Of a stretch of DNA of 64,000 nucleotides, positions 25,254-36,329 are shown one piece after another (positions within the stretch are counted from its first letter, which is position 1; the number at the start of each line of letters is the position of its first letter). The position numbers and the translations under genes are program-made. Source of the DNA: Epithemia pelagica. Taxonomy: Eukaryota; Protista; Bacillariophyta. Location of the stretch: contig OX337240.1 in the NCBI GenBank assembly GCA_946965045.2, forward strand, positions 2,790,001 through 2,854,000. Direction: 5' to 3'. Below the pieces are notes generated by a model that made no database searches, was not told the origin of the DNA, and saw nothing but the letters and a program-made list of their open reading frames with translations.

Positions 25254-28200
25254 ATGGTGGTCAACGATACGGCTGGAGCTGCGAAAAAGGGTGGCGCGAT
25301 GATGACAAGTGCGATTGCGGCAGCCAAACAACAACAGCAAGAAGATCGAGCCTTGGCCAAAAAGAAGAAGCAACAAACCAAGACAACGAAAAAGAAGCAG
25401 CAACAACGCAAAAACAGTGATGATTCGTCGCAATCTTCCTCGTCGTCATCCTCTTCGTCGTCCTCGACCAATTCGTCGGGGGACGAGGAAGTGGACAAGG
25501 AATACGATACCAGTGTTCCGCCCAGTCTGGATCAACCGGTTCGGTTGGTAGAACAAGATCCTGGTGCCTTTCGAAGCATGTACAAGTTGTTGTCGGAAAT
25601 CGGACAAGGTGCCTTTGCCAAAGTCTACGAGGCGGCACATCGCAAAACGGGACACACGTATGCCGTCAAAAAAATTCATCGGCCCAAAATGATTTGGGGG
25701 GATCGGGATGCCTTGCAAGACGAAATTCATTCCCTTATGCATGTACGGGAAGGTCCCAATATTGTGCAATTGTATGAAGTGTACGAAGAAGATGTCGACT
25801 GTTTCTTGATTATGGAATTGATGCATGGTGGAGAATTGTTTGAACGCATCTTGCAGCAGCGCGAATCCTTTTCGGAAACACAGGCTCGTGATTGTTGTCA
25901 TGGCATGTTGCAAGGGTTGCAATACATGCACGAAAAACGGGTGGCACATCGCGATTTAAAACCGGAAAATTTACTCTTGACCGAAGCACCGTCACCTCCC
26001 AGCGAATATGCCGATGAAGAAGAAGATGTCTTGGTGGTGAAATTGGCCGATTTTGGCTTTGCCAAAAAGTGTCCACAAGAAAATGGATTGCGTACTCTCT
26101 GTGGAACACCCGGATACTTGGCCCCGGAAATTCTCGAACGATGGCCAGCCTACGATGTCAAGTGTGACTTGTGGTCCGTCGGTGTCATTTTATTCTTGTT
26201 GCTCGGTGGTTATTTGCCCTTTGAAGACGAAGATGAAGATCGAGTCTTTGAACGTACCCGCAATGGCGAATACGATTTTCATCCCACCTATTGGAATGGC
26301 ATTTCCACCACGGGCAAAACCTTGGTCACTCGACTCTTGACGGTCAATCCCAACAAGCGTATCTCGGCTACGGAAGCACTGGATCACGATTGGATGATGC
26401 AAGATACTGAATTGTTGGGGACGCACAATAACAACAACAACAATAATAATAAGCAACATCCCAACAATAAATTCCGCAACAACAACAATAACAAACCAGC
26501 CGATGTGCAGAATCGTGTCAAGCAATTGAATGAAAACTTCGCCGGATATTTGGAACGTCAAAAGGAAAAGGACAATGAATCCTCCCGGTTGACCAATGGA
26601 GACAAGGCCGCTCGTCGTCCCAATCGCAAATTTGAAGAAGATTCCAAAAGTGGAAAGCCCTTTGATGCCTTTTACGAATTGGGTGATGTTTTGGGGGAAG
26701 GTGGCTATGCCTGTGTCTATCGAGCCACCCACAAACGATCCAAAGGTACCTATGCGGTCAAGGATGTCCATACGGGGGCCTTGGAAACCTCCAATCAAGC
26801 CGCCTTGCAAGATGAAATTGCTGCCATGAAATTGTTGCGTGGTGGACCGCACATTATCCGATTGTTTGATGTCTTTGAAGAACCGGATCATACCTTTATG
26901 ATTATGGAAGAAATGAGGGGAGGTGATTTGTTGACCCGTATTTCCGACAAGGAAGTCTATACGGAGCGTGAGGCTCGCAAAACCTGCCGCGTCATTTTTG
27001 AAGGCATGGATTACATTCACAAAAAGAAAAGTACGTCCACTTTGGTTGTGTTTGTGGGTCATTTCGTACGGCAACTTGTTGCATTCAGTTCAACTACACC
27101 TATGAATGTTAATGGCGATTTGGATCGTCAGTGAAGCGCCTTTTTCTCACACACTGTCTTTGTTTACCCTAAATTTGCAGTTGCGCATCGCGATATCAAG
27201 CCTGAGAATGTGCTCATGGTCGAACAAGATGATGACACGAGCATCAAGATTGCCGATTTCGGTTTCTCCAAGCTCGTCCCTCGTCCCAATTGTTTGCGTA
27301 CCCTCTGTGGAACGGCTCAGTATGTGGCTCCCGAAGTGTTGGATTTACAAAGTTCTGGCTACGATCAACGTTCCGATATGTGGAGTGTGGGTGTGGTGGT
27401 GTATATTTTGTTGGGTGGGTACGCTCCCTTTGAAGGACCAGTTCAAGAATTGGCTCGCGTCATTTGTCGAGCCGACTATTGCTTCCATGACAAGTATTGG
27501 TCTGATATTTCCGATGAAGCCAAGGATATGATTCGGAACTTGTTGCAAATTGACCCCGAAATACGATACTCGGCAGAGTCTGCCTTGCAATGTCCGTGGA
27601 TGTCTATCGAAGATACGGAACTCATGGTGACTGATTTGTCTGCGGCGAAACAAGGACTCCAAAAGCGTGCGGCTGCCACCGAAGGACAGGCCAAACAATC
27701 GGGAATCCGTGCCCTCAGCAAACTCGAATCGCTCGATGTTTCCTTTACGGCCGGATTGGGTACCTTTGAAGAGGTGATGACTCGTCGTAACAAGAGGACA
27801 GAGTTGGAGACCTTGGATGAACAATCGGAGGTGACGCAAGCAATTGAAACGTCCAAGAGTGGCAAGACATTTGAATCCTTGTATCGATGGGGTCGTGCCA
27901 TTGAAGATGGAGAGTTTGTCATCCACGAATGCCGACACAAACAATCCAAAGATATTGTGGCGGTGAAGCGATTGGAACTCAATGATCTGGATCCTTTGGA
28001 TGCTGTGGCCTTACAGTCCGAAATTGAGTGTTTACGTGCCGTATCGGAAAGTCCCTTTGTTATCAAGCTATTTGATGTCTTTGATGAACCCGACTACACA
28101 TATATGGTGATGGAACGTATGCGCGGGGGCGATCTGATCGATCGTATCATTGAAAAGAAGCATTACAGTGAACCAGAAGCTCGCTTGGTTTGTCGCAAAG

Positions 28201-29108
28201 TCTTGCTTGGAGTGGAACACTGTCATGCTCGTCGTATTGCGGTGCGAAACATCAAGGCGGAAAGTTTGTTGATTGCCGAAGAGGGCAGCAATGTGGATGT
28301 CAAACTCAGTGACTTTTCCTTTGCCAAAAAGGTATTGTTCCCCAATGCGTTGCGAACTCAATGTGGAACAGAGGGCTATGTAGCGCCCGAAGTCTTGGAT
28401 CATCGACCGGCCTACGACGTTCAGTGCGATATGTGGAGTTTGGGTGTGGTCTTGTATATTTTGTTGGGTGGCTATCGTCCCTTCCGTGGGGACGATGAAG
28501 ATGATGTCATTCGTGCCATTCGATACGGTGAATACAAGTTCCACAAACGATATTGGAAAAAGATTTCGGAAGAGGCCAAGACCTTGATTGCCCGCATGTT
28601 GACAGTCAACCCAATAGCTCGTATCACAGCTACGGGTGCCTTGTCGAGCGAGTGGTTCGAAATGGGGGACGACGAAGACGACAGTGAGAATGCACCGAAA
28701 ACTTCCACTGCCAGGGGTACAACATCGAATGGAACCAAGAACACTTACAACAGTAGCAATGACAAGCCGACAGAGAAACCAAAGGCGAAAAAGACGAGTG
28801 CGCCTACCACCCCCACCTACAAAAAGACGACGACGCACACTTCGACAGTCGTATCGAGTCCAGTTTCCTCGACACACAACAACACATATGCCAAGAGTCC
28901 CCATCAGAGTACCAATAACCACAATTACAAACCGACCAATACCAAGGCCAAGAGTGTGGCGGCAACCTTTGAAAACAACAATGCGGCTAATAAAAAGAAG
29001 AAGGTGAAACGAAGTACGGCTGCCATTATTGCGGCGCGACGAAAGTTTCGGGGAGCCGTCTATGCCATTATGGCATATCACAAATTGCGAGCCTATCAAA
29101 AACACTAA
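25254..29108 (+). CDS. CaMK-like protein with three tandem kinase domains, join(25254..27030,27181..29108), ~1234 aa
   Basis: KD1 IGQGAFAKV/HRDLKPEN/DFG/GTPGYLAPE; KD2 LGEGGYACV/HRDIKPEN/DFG/GTAQYVAPE (150-nt intron in KKK|IAHRD); KD3 degenerate (VRNIKAES, DFS); C-terminal ARRKFRGAVYAIMA. Confidence 0.92.
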
Positions 29109-29670
29109 AATGAGAAGAGTACCACGTATGCGGAGCAGCTCAATGTGCAAGACGCTCTCCAAAACAATATAACAACCTCACAACCTCACAACACACTTTG
29201 TTCGTTTGTGGTGAATCGTGGCCTTTGATGATTGATAGTTGGCCAGCAGGTAGAATGAAAAAAGAACAAAACAACCAAAGGGCAAACCTAACCTTTTTGT
29301 ATGTACGAAAATTAGTTCTCTGCCTATAGTAGCGTCATGTTGCAGAGGTTGTTCCAGTCATGGGCGTGTGCGTACACCCATGCTGCGAGGAAATGGCTGT
29401 ACCATATTTTGTCGACAAAGAATCGCATTGGAGGGATAACTCCGCCTTGATTTTCGTGACAGTGACCCAAAGAAAACTATCTCTTGTCCGCTCCCTTGAT
29501 CTCCTTTGGTGAAACCATCCAATGATTTCATCTCACGGTTCATCTGCCATGGAGAATGCTTTTCGATATGCATCTGAAGTTGCACGAATTGTTGGTAGGT
29601 CTCTCTTAGTGCTGGTTCGCAAGATATGTCACTGTCATGGAGGTGTTGTACCATTAGTGTCATGCGTCGG

Positions 29671-30313
29671 TTAGGGCACATGGGTTTCTGTTTCTAGTTC
29701 GTCCTGTTTGTTGTCTTGGGATGGTGACTGGTGGGGAGGAAGAGGAGGAGGAGAAGAACCTGTGGTGGTAGTGTATTGGTCAAATCGATCCGAGTGCGTA
29801 AAGGTGTAAACAAGATAGGCAACCATCATCCACAATGTGGCCGAAACCAAGAGTAGTGTGGCATAGGCTTGCCAGGGACAATCCTTGTCGTCATCCTCGT
29901 TCCAGGCTTGATCGTTGCAAACGTCACTTCCATTGACCCAAACGACACACGACCACACGATGTTAAAGAGTGCGACTACAATGGCAAAGGGTGGGACCCA
30001 ATTCAAAACGTTGCGTTGAACGGCACAACAGGCGGCACACGTTAAAATGACCCAAGCTGCGACACTCAAGACGAGCGAGGTGACACCACCCCAAATGGCG
30101 CACGCCGTGGCGATCCACGACAAGATTTGTGCCGCCACAAAACGAGCATCCTTGTACACACTGAAAATGGAGACGAGAAAGAAACAAAGTTAGTGATTCA
30201 ACCACACAGAAACAAAACCGTGAATAGAAGCAGCAAATGAAAGGAACGATCTCTGCGCATACAAAAGCCTCTCAACACTGTCCCTGTTCTGTTCGTCCTT
30301 ACCAGCACTGCAC
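29671..30313 (-). CDS. 4-TM (MPCC) family paralog, join(30303..30313,29671..30160); start-equivalent codon is GTG
   Basis: Exon 1 GTGCAGTGCTG|GTAAGG, acceptor TTTTCAG|TGTGTACAAGGAT (CVYKDARFVAAQ), four hydrophobic segments with an extracellular Cys pair. Confidence 0.65.
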
Positions 30314-30650
30314 TCTGCTCCTCTTGATGCTTCTTGTTCTATTTCCTCTGATGAATAATGACAATCGTAGTGTCTCCCTTGGTTGCAGTCTCGTTGTCGG
30401 AACGAGCTGTGGGAGATATGTTTCACATGAGAACCGTTGTGATGCGACGATTCTAAAAATGTGTGGAGGCAATGTCATGCGTTGAAGAGCATAGTTGCCC
30501 GCCCCACGCGCATATCGACGCGTGCCCTTCGTCCTTTCATTTTCTTTCTGCGCGCTCGCGAGGAAATTTCTTTTTCGATCGCGAAACTTCTTTGGTACAC
30601 CGATTTTGAATTTTGCGCTAAAGGCGATGATACACATAGCGCATTTTCTA

Positions 30651-30708
30651 CTCGCCATTAGAGGTCCGCAGAAACAAGGACAGCAGACAGACTAATCCTT
30701 AACCTTAA
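30651..30708 (+). repeat. Left terminal inverted repeat (58 bp)
   Basis: CTCGCCATTAGAGGTCCGCAGAAACAAGGACAGCAGACAGACTAATCCTTAACCTTAA. Confidence 0.95.
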
Positions 30709-30937
30709 TGTAGCCAAAACTGTGCACGGTTGCCAACCAGGCCGACTTGCCCAGACCAACTGCCACCCACATTGAAGAAAAATCCTGTCCTATCCCTCCT
30801 TTTCTCCACACCATAGCAATACACACCTCAACTTCTCATCAACAACAGCAGCAGCACAAGCTTCACCAGCATCTGTATCAGCAGCAACAGCTTCACCAAA
30901 GCAATCCTTTCATTCCAATAACCACAACTTCTAGAGA

Positions 30938-31649
30938 GTAAGTGCTATGCCCAATCTGACACTTGGGAGACCTGGTCCATTCCAAGACGGTTCTGAATCA
31001 TCCCTGGTCTTGCTTCTATCTCATTTTCATCAGAAGATACAGCCCTGGCAATTTGGGGCTTCTCCATCCTGCTCTTTTGGGAAGGCTGATACTGTTTGAA
31101 AGCTCTCATTGAAACCGTAAGTGCTACGCCCATTCTGACACTTGGGCCACCTGAACCATGCCAAGACAATTCTAAATCATTCCTGTTCGTCCTTTTCTCT
31201 CATTTCCATCAGAAGATACAGCCCTGGCAATTTGGGCCTTCTCCATCCTGCTCTTTTGGGAAGGCTGATACTGTTTGAAAGCTCTCATTGAAACCGTAAG
31301 TGCTACGCCCATTCTGACACTTGGGCCACCTGGACCATGCCAAGACAAATCAAAATCATCCCTGTTCGTCCTTTTCTCTCATTTCCATCAGAAGATACAG
31401 CCCTGGCAATTTGGGCCTTCTCCATCCTGCTCTTTTGGGAAGGCTAATACTGTTTGAAAGCTCTCATTGGAACCGTAAGTGCTACGCCCATTCTGACACT
31501 TGGGCCACCTGGACCATGCCAAGACGATTCTAAATCATCCCTGTTCGTCCTTTTCTCTCATTTCCATCAGAAGATACAGCCCTGGCAATTTGGGGCTTCT
31601 CCATCCTGCTCTTTTGGGAAGGCTAATACTGTTTGGAAGCTCTCATTGG
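30938..31649 (+). repeat. Tandem array of four 179-bp units, each a GTAAGT...CATCAG intron-like segment plus an 83-nt exon-like segment
   Basis: GTAAGT at 30938, 31117, 31296, 31475 (period 179); the first CATCAG ends at 31033. Confidence 0.92.
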
Positions 31650-31665
31650 TTGCTTGAGTATTGAA

Positions 31666-32934
31666 ATGTCCAAACCAGTCAAGAGAGGCCGTTTGACCCT
31701 GAGTCAGCAACCTGACAACAATGGATCTACCTCTTTGCCTTTGGGAGGTCCTCCTTTAGGGGAGGCCTCTATAAGAAGGGCAGGGCTGGCAACGATACCC
31801 ACCATGGGAAGAATACTTTCGCATCTACAAGATCGACAACACATTGATGTTTCTTCAGTTGTTCATACGTACAAGTCAAGAAATAATTCTTCACGCCGAA
31901 CACAGGTCTCAGAAGCTATCATTCAAGGATGTGCTACACCTTTCAGGAAATGCAACAGACAGAGAAACAAGAGAAAGAAAAACAAACAAGATACTCTTGA
32001 GAAAGTACCCGAGGCTCCATTGGCTTCACAAATGACACCAGACTACTTGATGAGGAACACAGTCACATTCAAAAGTGATAGTACAGACGACGAATACTTT
32101 GAAGGCAGTGGAACCAAAACCGTCCGACCGATATTTGTGTCTCTTTCTAAGTTCCATACTACCGATACTGATGGTGGAGCTCTATATCAACCCAGTGATT
32201 CAACACTGCCTGTGTTTCTCAAGGTACCAGGACAGAATCATTTATCGTTCCCAGTACAGAAGAAAGTAATTTCTGTCTTTGAATCATTGGAATCTGCATG
32301 TTCTTTCCAACAACGAGGGAAGTTTCGATATGTCGGAATGGAATCACATCAATCTTCGTATGTAACCATTGGCAAACATGCAAATCAAGGTCGACACGGA
32401 ATTGTTGATTCCAAAAAGAAACTCATGACAGGCAAAGATAAGCAGGCATTGATGAAATTGGTGCGACAAGTCGAGCATTTATTTTGCGAGTGGATGGACT
32501 GGTCTATAATACAGAGCTATTCCATTACCAAGGCTGTTCAAGGTATACCAACTTTCTCAGACGGGAGCAACGACAGCACATTTTTCTCGTCAATCGCTTT
32601 TGGAAGGAATGTATTTCTTGGTGCACACACCGACCAAGACTTTGGTTATTCTGCAGTGATGGCCATGGCCACTGAACCGGATTCAGTTGGAAACAATATT
32701 CTTTGCTATTTTGTCTTTCCACAATGTGGACATGCAGTTGCCCTTCGAAACATGGACATTCTGTTCTTCAACCCCCAAGTCTATCACTGTGTTTCGAAGA
32801 AGGTTACCAGTGAGGATGTTTTTTGCATATCGTTCTACCTCAAGACAGCAGTTGTTGGAAAAAACGACAATACCATCCCCCTCACTGGAATCGAAGAGTG
32901 TATTTTGAACCAATTACAAAAGAAGGATAACTAA
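31666..32934 (+). CDS. TET/JBP-like 2OG-Fe(II) dioxygenase-fold protein, 422 aa
   Basis: FSSIAFGRNVFLGAHTDQD (HxD), YFVFPQCGHAVALRNMDILFFNPQVYHCVS (distal His), then CISFYLK strand; basic N-terminal cluster RQRNKRKKNK resembles an NLS. Confidence 0.7.
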   Translation: MSKPVKRGRLTLSQQPDNNGSTSLPLGGPPLGEASIRRAGLATIPTMGRILSHLQDRQHIDVSSVVHTYKSRNNSSRRTQVSEAIIQGCATPFRKCNRQRNKRKKNKQDTLEKVPEAPLASQMTPDYLMRNTVTFKSDSTDDEYFEGSGTKTVRPIFVSLSKFHTTDTDGGALYQPSDSTLPVFLKVPGQNHLSFPVQKKVISVFESLESACSFQQRGKFRYVGMESHQSSYVTIGKHANQGRHGIVDSKKKLMTGKDKQALMKLVRQVEHLFCEWMDWSIIQSYSITKAVQGIPTFSDGSNDSTFFSSIAFGRNVFLGAHTDQDFGYSAVMAMATEPDSVGNNILCYFVFPQCGHAVALRNMDILFFNPQVYHCVSKKVTSEDVFCISFYLKTAVVGKNDNTIPLTGIEECILNQLQKKDN

Positions 32935-32979
32935 ATATAGGTAAAATAAAATTTATTAACTGATCAATTGTTACTTTAT

Positions 32980-35900
32980 TCAATCAAATTCCGTTAACCC
33001 CAATCTAGCACCGCGGAATCTACGGCAATGGCGGGAATGTTCTGAATTCGAAGAAACCCACTCTTGTCCATGATTATGATTACTTCGAGTAGCCATGTCC
33101 TTGCGGATTGATCTTGTTAATTCACGCAGACAAACAAGTGGTTTCATCAAATCCACTCCATTATTATTGTAATTTGCTGAACGGCACAGTTTCTTGATTT
33201 CGTTCAACTCCTCTGTCATTAGTTGAACAAATGAATTGGGCGCTAATTCTTCGCCATACACCTCATCACATTTTGTGTGGAGATCAGTTGCATCATCAGT
33301 ATCATCAACAAATATGTCCCCAATTCCTTCATCAACATTGTCAATTGTGTCGTTTTCAAGGCCACGATTAGACTCATCATGAGATACATTGTCGTCTTGG
33401 AGAGATTCACTATCACTTGGGCATGGATTATCCCTGACTCCTTGAAGTGAAGGCATTGAGCGCCCATATTGTGGATTTATCCCATCCGGAGCAGTAAACG
33501 ACTCCTGTGTCAAGTTGTCTTGGTCCAAAGATACATTTTCAGTGTAGTTAAAGAAACCAGAAAATGTTGTGACGGCTCTTGTTATTTGTTCTTGCGAATA
33601 ATTCAGGCATGCTTCAGTTTCCCAATCTGGCAAATCAAAACCGGTTGGGCAGTAGCACCATTCCTCTTTCTCACACCATGTTGGTCCCGTGTCAAATGGT
33701 AACTTTGGTCCAGTAATATCGTTTGTTAATAGTTCTTTCAAACAATCATTTAGAGCATTCTCAGTATCATTGTTCGCATTGCAAAAGCCAAAGAAAATGT
33801 ATTTCTTCCACCACACAATACTCACATCATGATGGGTGAAGCCTTGGTAGTCCCGGCACTCAAAACACAGTACTGCGGCTTGATGCGAACATGGGTAACC
33901 ACACCTTTGAAACGTACCGCAGGAAAACAATAAGCGCCCGGAAGAATCCAATGTTACCGTTCTTGTACGATGCCATACTGGATGAAGGCATTTCTTCTCT
34001 GTATCCAAACAGTTGGTATCTACCACTTTGACATGCCAGTTCCATGGTGATGATCTATCACGTCGAATTGCATATTTGTCACGGCGCGTCCATGCATTGT
34101 GGACTAAATCATGGCACAATTCAGTTACCATTCCGTTGAGTGGTAGGAGATTCTCCTTCATCCAAACAGATTTAGCTTCGACTCGCGTTGCTGCAAGACG
34201 TAATTGTGAATTGATTAGAATGTCTGATTGAAACTTCAACAACGCTGCATTGCCTTGGACTGTTCCACCCGGTAAAACTGGAGCTGAGTGCTCTTTGATA
34301 CCACAGTTCGTACCTTCGTGACTGCTGTTAGTGCACTCTTCATAATGCCGAAGATTTTGTCTGTAATAGTGCACAAGTTGTCGATCGTGAATAAAAACAT
34401 ACCCAATCAAAAAGTTTTGCACCTTCCAACGTAAGTTGTCTGGAAGGAACTTTCGAACCTGCCGTGAATGAATGTAGGCCAAGAGCAGGCACTTCAATAT
34501 CACCAACTCATTTTCATTTTCACAATATCTTGGGTACATGAACGTGTAACACCACTGTTTCACAGTGTAGCAAAACAGTTTGTATTGTCGAATGTACGTT
34601 GAGTCAATGGCATTCCCGAATGAGCAATGTCGTAACCATCCCTTATGAATAATATGCCACCCACAACGAACACGAAAGCAATTTGGCATGTAACGACGAA
34701 AGGCCTCTTCAAGTTCAACAATCTCATGTGAGTCACCATCGGTTATGACACTTTGAATTTGGGATGTCCATTGATCTCCAAGAAGTTTTGGCAGGGCAAA
34801 GGAAAATACCCATCGGAAAGTTCCCTGACGCTGATCACGTAGAAACATCCGCAGAATTATAATATATTTCCCAAAGGTGGATCGGATAGAAACTGTAAGA
34901 AGTGGTCGTGACTCCTTGTTTGTTTCCTCTGTAACATCAATCTTGAGGACATGAGGGAATAAGCGGAACATTCTCTTTTCCTTGTTGGTGATCCATGCAC
35001 AAGCGACGAAGAAATGCTGGTTTTCTTGTAGACCTAAATTTTCCATATCAGCAGTGTATTCTTGAAGAACTTCTTGACAAAAATTAGTAAGGTCTGATAT
35101 ATCTCTCACTCCACAATCGACCTGGTTTTCACTGAAGATTAAGCCAGCTTGTCGCTGGACCTGAGCGTTTACAACATTAGGAGGTTTTGCCCCCCATATG
35201 CAGTAACTTATGTCTGGTGTTGATCGCAACCATTCAACAATTGCTCCAGCACCTACTTCAATACCATTGTAGTGATATTTTGAATCTGATGCAAAGTTGT
35301 GAAATGCATACCGAAGTTGTTGTGGAGTCAGTGTGAGATCGTGATTTGCATGGAAGAAGTTTCGACCATTAGCTGGACGAGTCAGGGCTTTACCAAGTTC
35401 AGCTGTACGCCGTCTCTGTTCTGACGTCAAATGACGAAGTTTTATTGGAATATCCGCAGGCAACCGCTTCATATGATTACAGTGGGTGACAGATCCAGAA
35501 CTACGCTTGACATAAAAGCCATACATATCGACAAATATATCAAAGCGAAAGGAGCATGTGTCTTCATTTTGTAATGCACGTGTTGTCACGTTTTTTCTTG
35601 GTCCCTTTTTGCCATCAACCCCCCTACTGTTGCCTTTCTTGTCATTGTGAAGTGAAACCTTACGGTGTTCCATGTTGGGGTCTCCCACAGATACTCGCTT
35701 CCGTTTGTTGGTATAGCGGCGGTAGCGGTCACAAGTGAAGGTACGTTGCATGTACGGAGGTTCACTTCCTTTAGGGAAAGCCTTGCGAGTGGCCAACGCC
35801 TTTTTGTGTGATGTACCATTGGAGACAATAGAAAATCCTCCACACATCGCAGTTTTGGAGATATCAGCTTTTAGCTTCAGAAAGGACCCATCTTCATCGA

Positions 35901-36165
35901 ATATATTGCTTGGGTTTGTACATGGAGGGTATGCTGTTCGACAGAAATATGCGAAGTTCCCTTTGACGTGCTCCGCTTGAGGGCCCCATCCAATGAAAGC
36001 ACAAATGTCGAAGCAACTTGTTGTTTGGTTGCATATGCAATCATCACCAGTGTGCATTGCAAAGGTCATTGGAGAAGTCCATTCTGTTTCTAAGGAGTTG
36101 AAGTATCGATCCAACTGTTGATGAATTTGATCATGTAGCATTCCATCGTTGTTGTTGTCGTCCAT
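32980..36165 (-). CDS. Mutator-like (MULE) DDE transposase with SWIM-like zinc finger, 1061 aa, uninterrupted
   Basis: FPHVLKIDVTEETNKESRPL (D1), VITDGD (D2), RCGWH (CxxH), TNSSHEGTN (E), FSCGTFQRCGYPCSH (SWIM-like). Confidence 0.88.
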   Translation of the reverse strand: MDDNNNDGMLHDQIHQQLDRYFNSLETEWTSPMTFAMHTGDDCICNQTTSCFDICAFIGWGPQAEHVKGNFAYFCRTAYPPCTNPSNIFDEDGSFLKLKADISKTAMCGGFSIVSNGTSHKKALATRKAFPKGSEPPYMQRTFTCDRYRRYTNKRKRVSVGDPNMEHRKVSLHNDKKGNSRGVDGKKGPRKNVTTRALQNEDTCSFRFDIFVDMYGFYVKRSSGSVTHCNHMKRLPADIPIKLRHLTSEQRRRTAELGKALTRPANGRNFFHANHDLTLTPQQLRYAFHNFASDSKYHYNGIEVGAGAIVEWLRSTPDISYCIWGAKPPNVVNAQVQRQAGLIFSENQVDCGVRDISDLTNFCQEVLQEYTADMENLGLQENQHFFVACAWITNKEKRMFRLFPHVLKIDVTEETNKESRPLLTVSIRSTFGKYIIILRMFLRDQRQGTFRWVFSFALPKLLGDQWTSQIQSVITDGDSHEIVELEEAFRRYMPNCFRVRCGWHIIHKGWLRHCSFGNAIDSTYIRQYKLFCYTVKQWCYTFMYPRYCENENELVILKCLLLAYIHSRQVRKFLPDNLRWKVQNFLIGYVFIHDRQLVHYYRQNLRHYEECTNSSHEGTNCGIKEHSAPVLPGGTVQGNAALLKFQSDILINSQLRLAATRVEAKSVWMKENLLPLNGMVTELCHDLVHNAWTRRDKYAIRRDRSSPWNWHVKVVDTNCLDTEKKCLHPVWHRTRTVTLDSSGRLLFSCGTFQRCGYPCSHQAAVLCFECRDYQGFTHHDVSIVWWKKYIFFGFCNANNDTENALNDCLKELLTNDITGPKLPFDTGPTWCEKEEWCYCPTGFDLPDWETEACLNYSQEQITRAVTTFSGFFNYTENVSLDQDNLTQESFTAPDGINPQYGRSMPSLQGVRDNPCPSDSESLQDDNVSHDESNRGLENDTIDNVDEGIGDIFVDDTDDATDLHTKCDEVYGEELAPNSFVQLMTEELNEIKKLCRSANYNNNGVDLMKPLVCLRELTRSIRKDMATRSNHNHGQEWVSSNSEHSRHCRRFRGARLGLTEFD

Positions 36166-36270
36166 GGCTAGATACTCAATGAATTGAATGCAATAGCGAA
36201 ATATCTTCCAATGCCGATCTGAAGACTTTCAGATTTGAAAGAGAACGGTTATTTCTTTGACGATTACTTA

Positions 36271-36315
36271 GGCGTGTACACGGTGTGACAGGCGTGTACA
36301 AAGGTGTGACAGGCG
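36271..36315 (+). repeat. Subterminal ~20-bp tandem repeats inside the right end
   Basis: GGCGTGTACACGGTGTGACA GGCGTGTACAAAGGTGTGACA GGCG. Confidence 0.8.
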
Positions 36316-36329
36316 GTGGAGTTGGTACG

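Noticed and set aside
26190-29162. Minus-strand ORFs of 196-364 aa
   Set aside because: Shadows of the kinase gene.
30938-31649. 179-bp array as CRISPR or as a coding repeat
   Set aside because: No unique spacers, eukaryotic context, period not divisible by three, and stops interrupt the frames.
32980-36165. KDZ (Kyakuja-Dileera-Zisupton) class transposase, given the TET/JBP neighbour
   Set aside because: The motifs FP.VL..D.T..TN...PL, TDGD, CxWH and SWIM are Mutator-type; no CxC domains of the KDZ type were seen.
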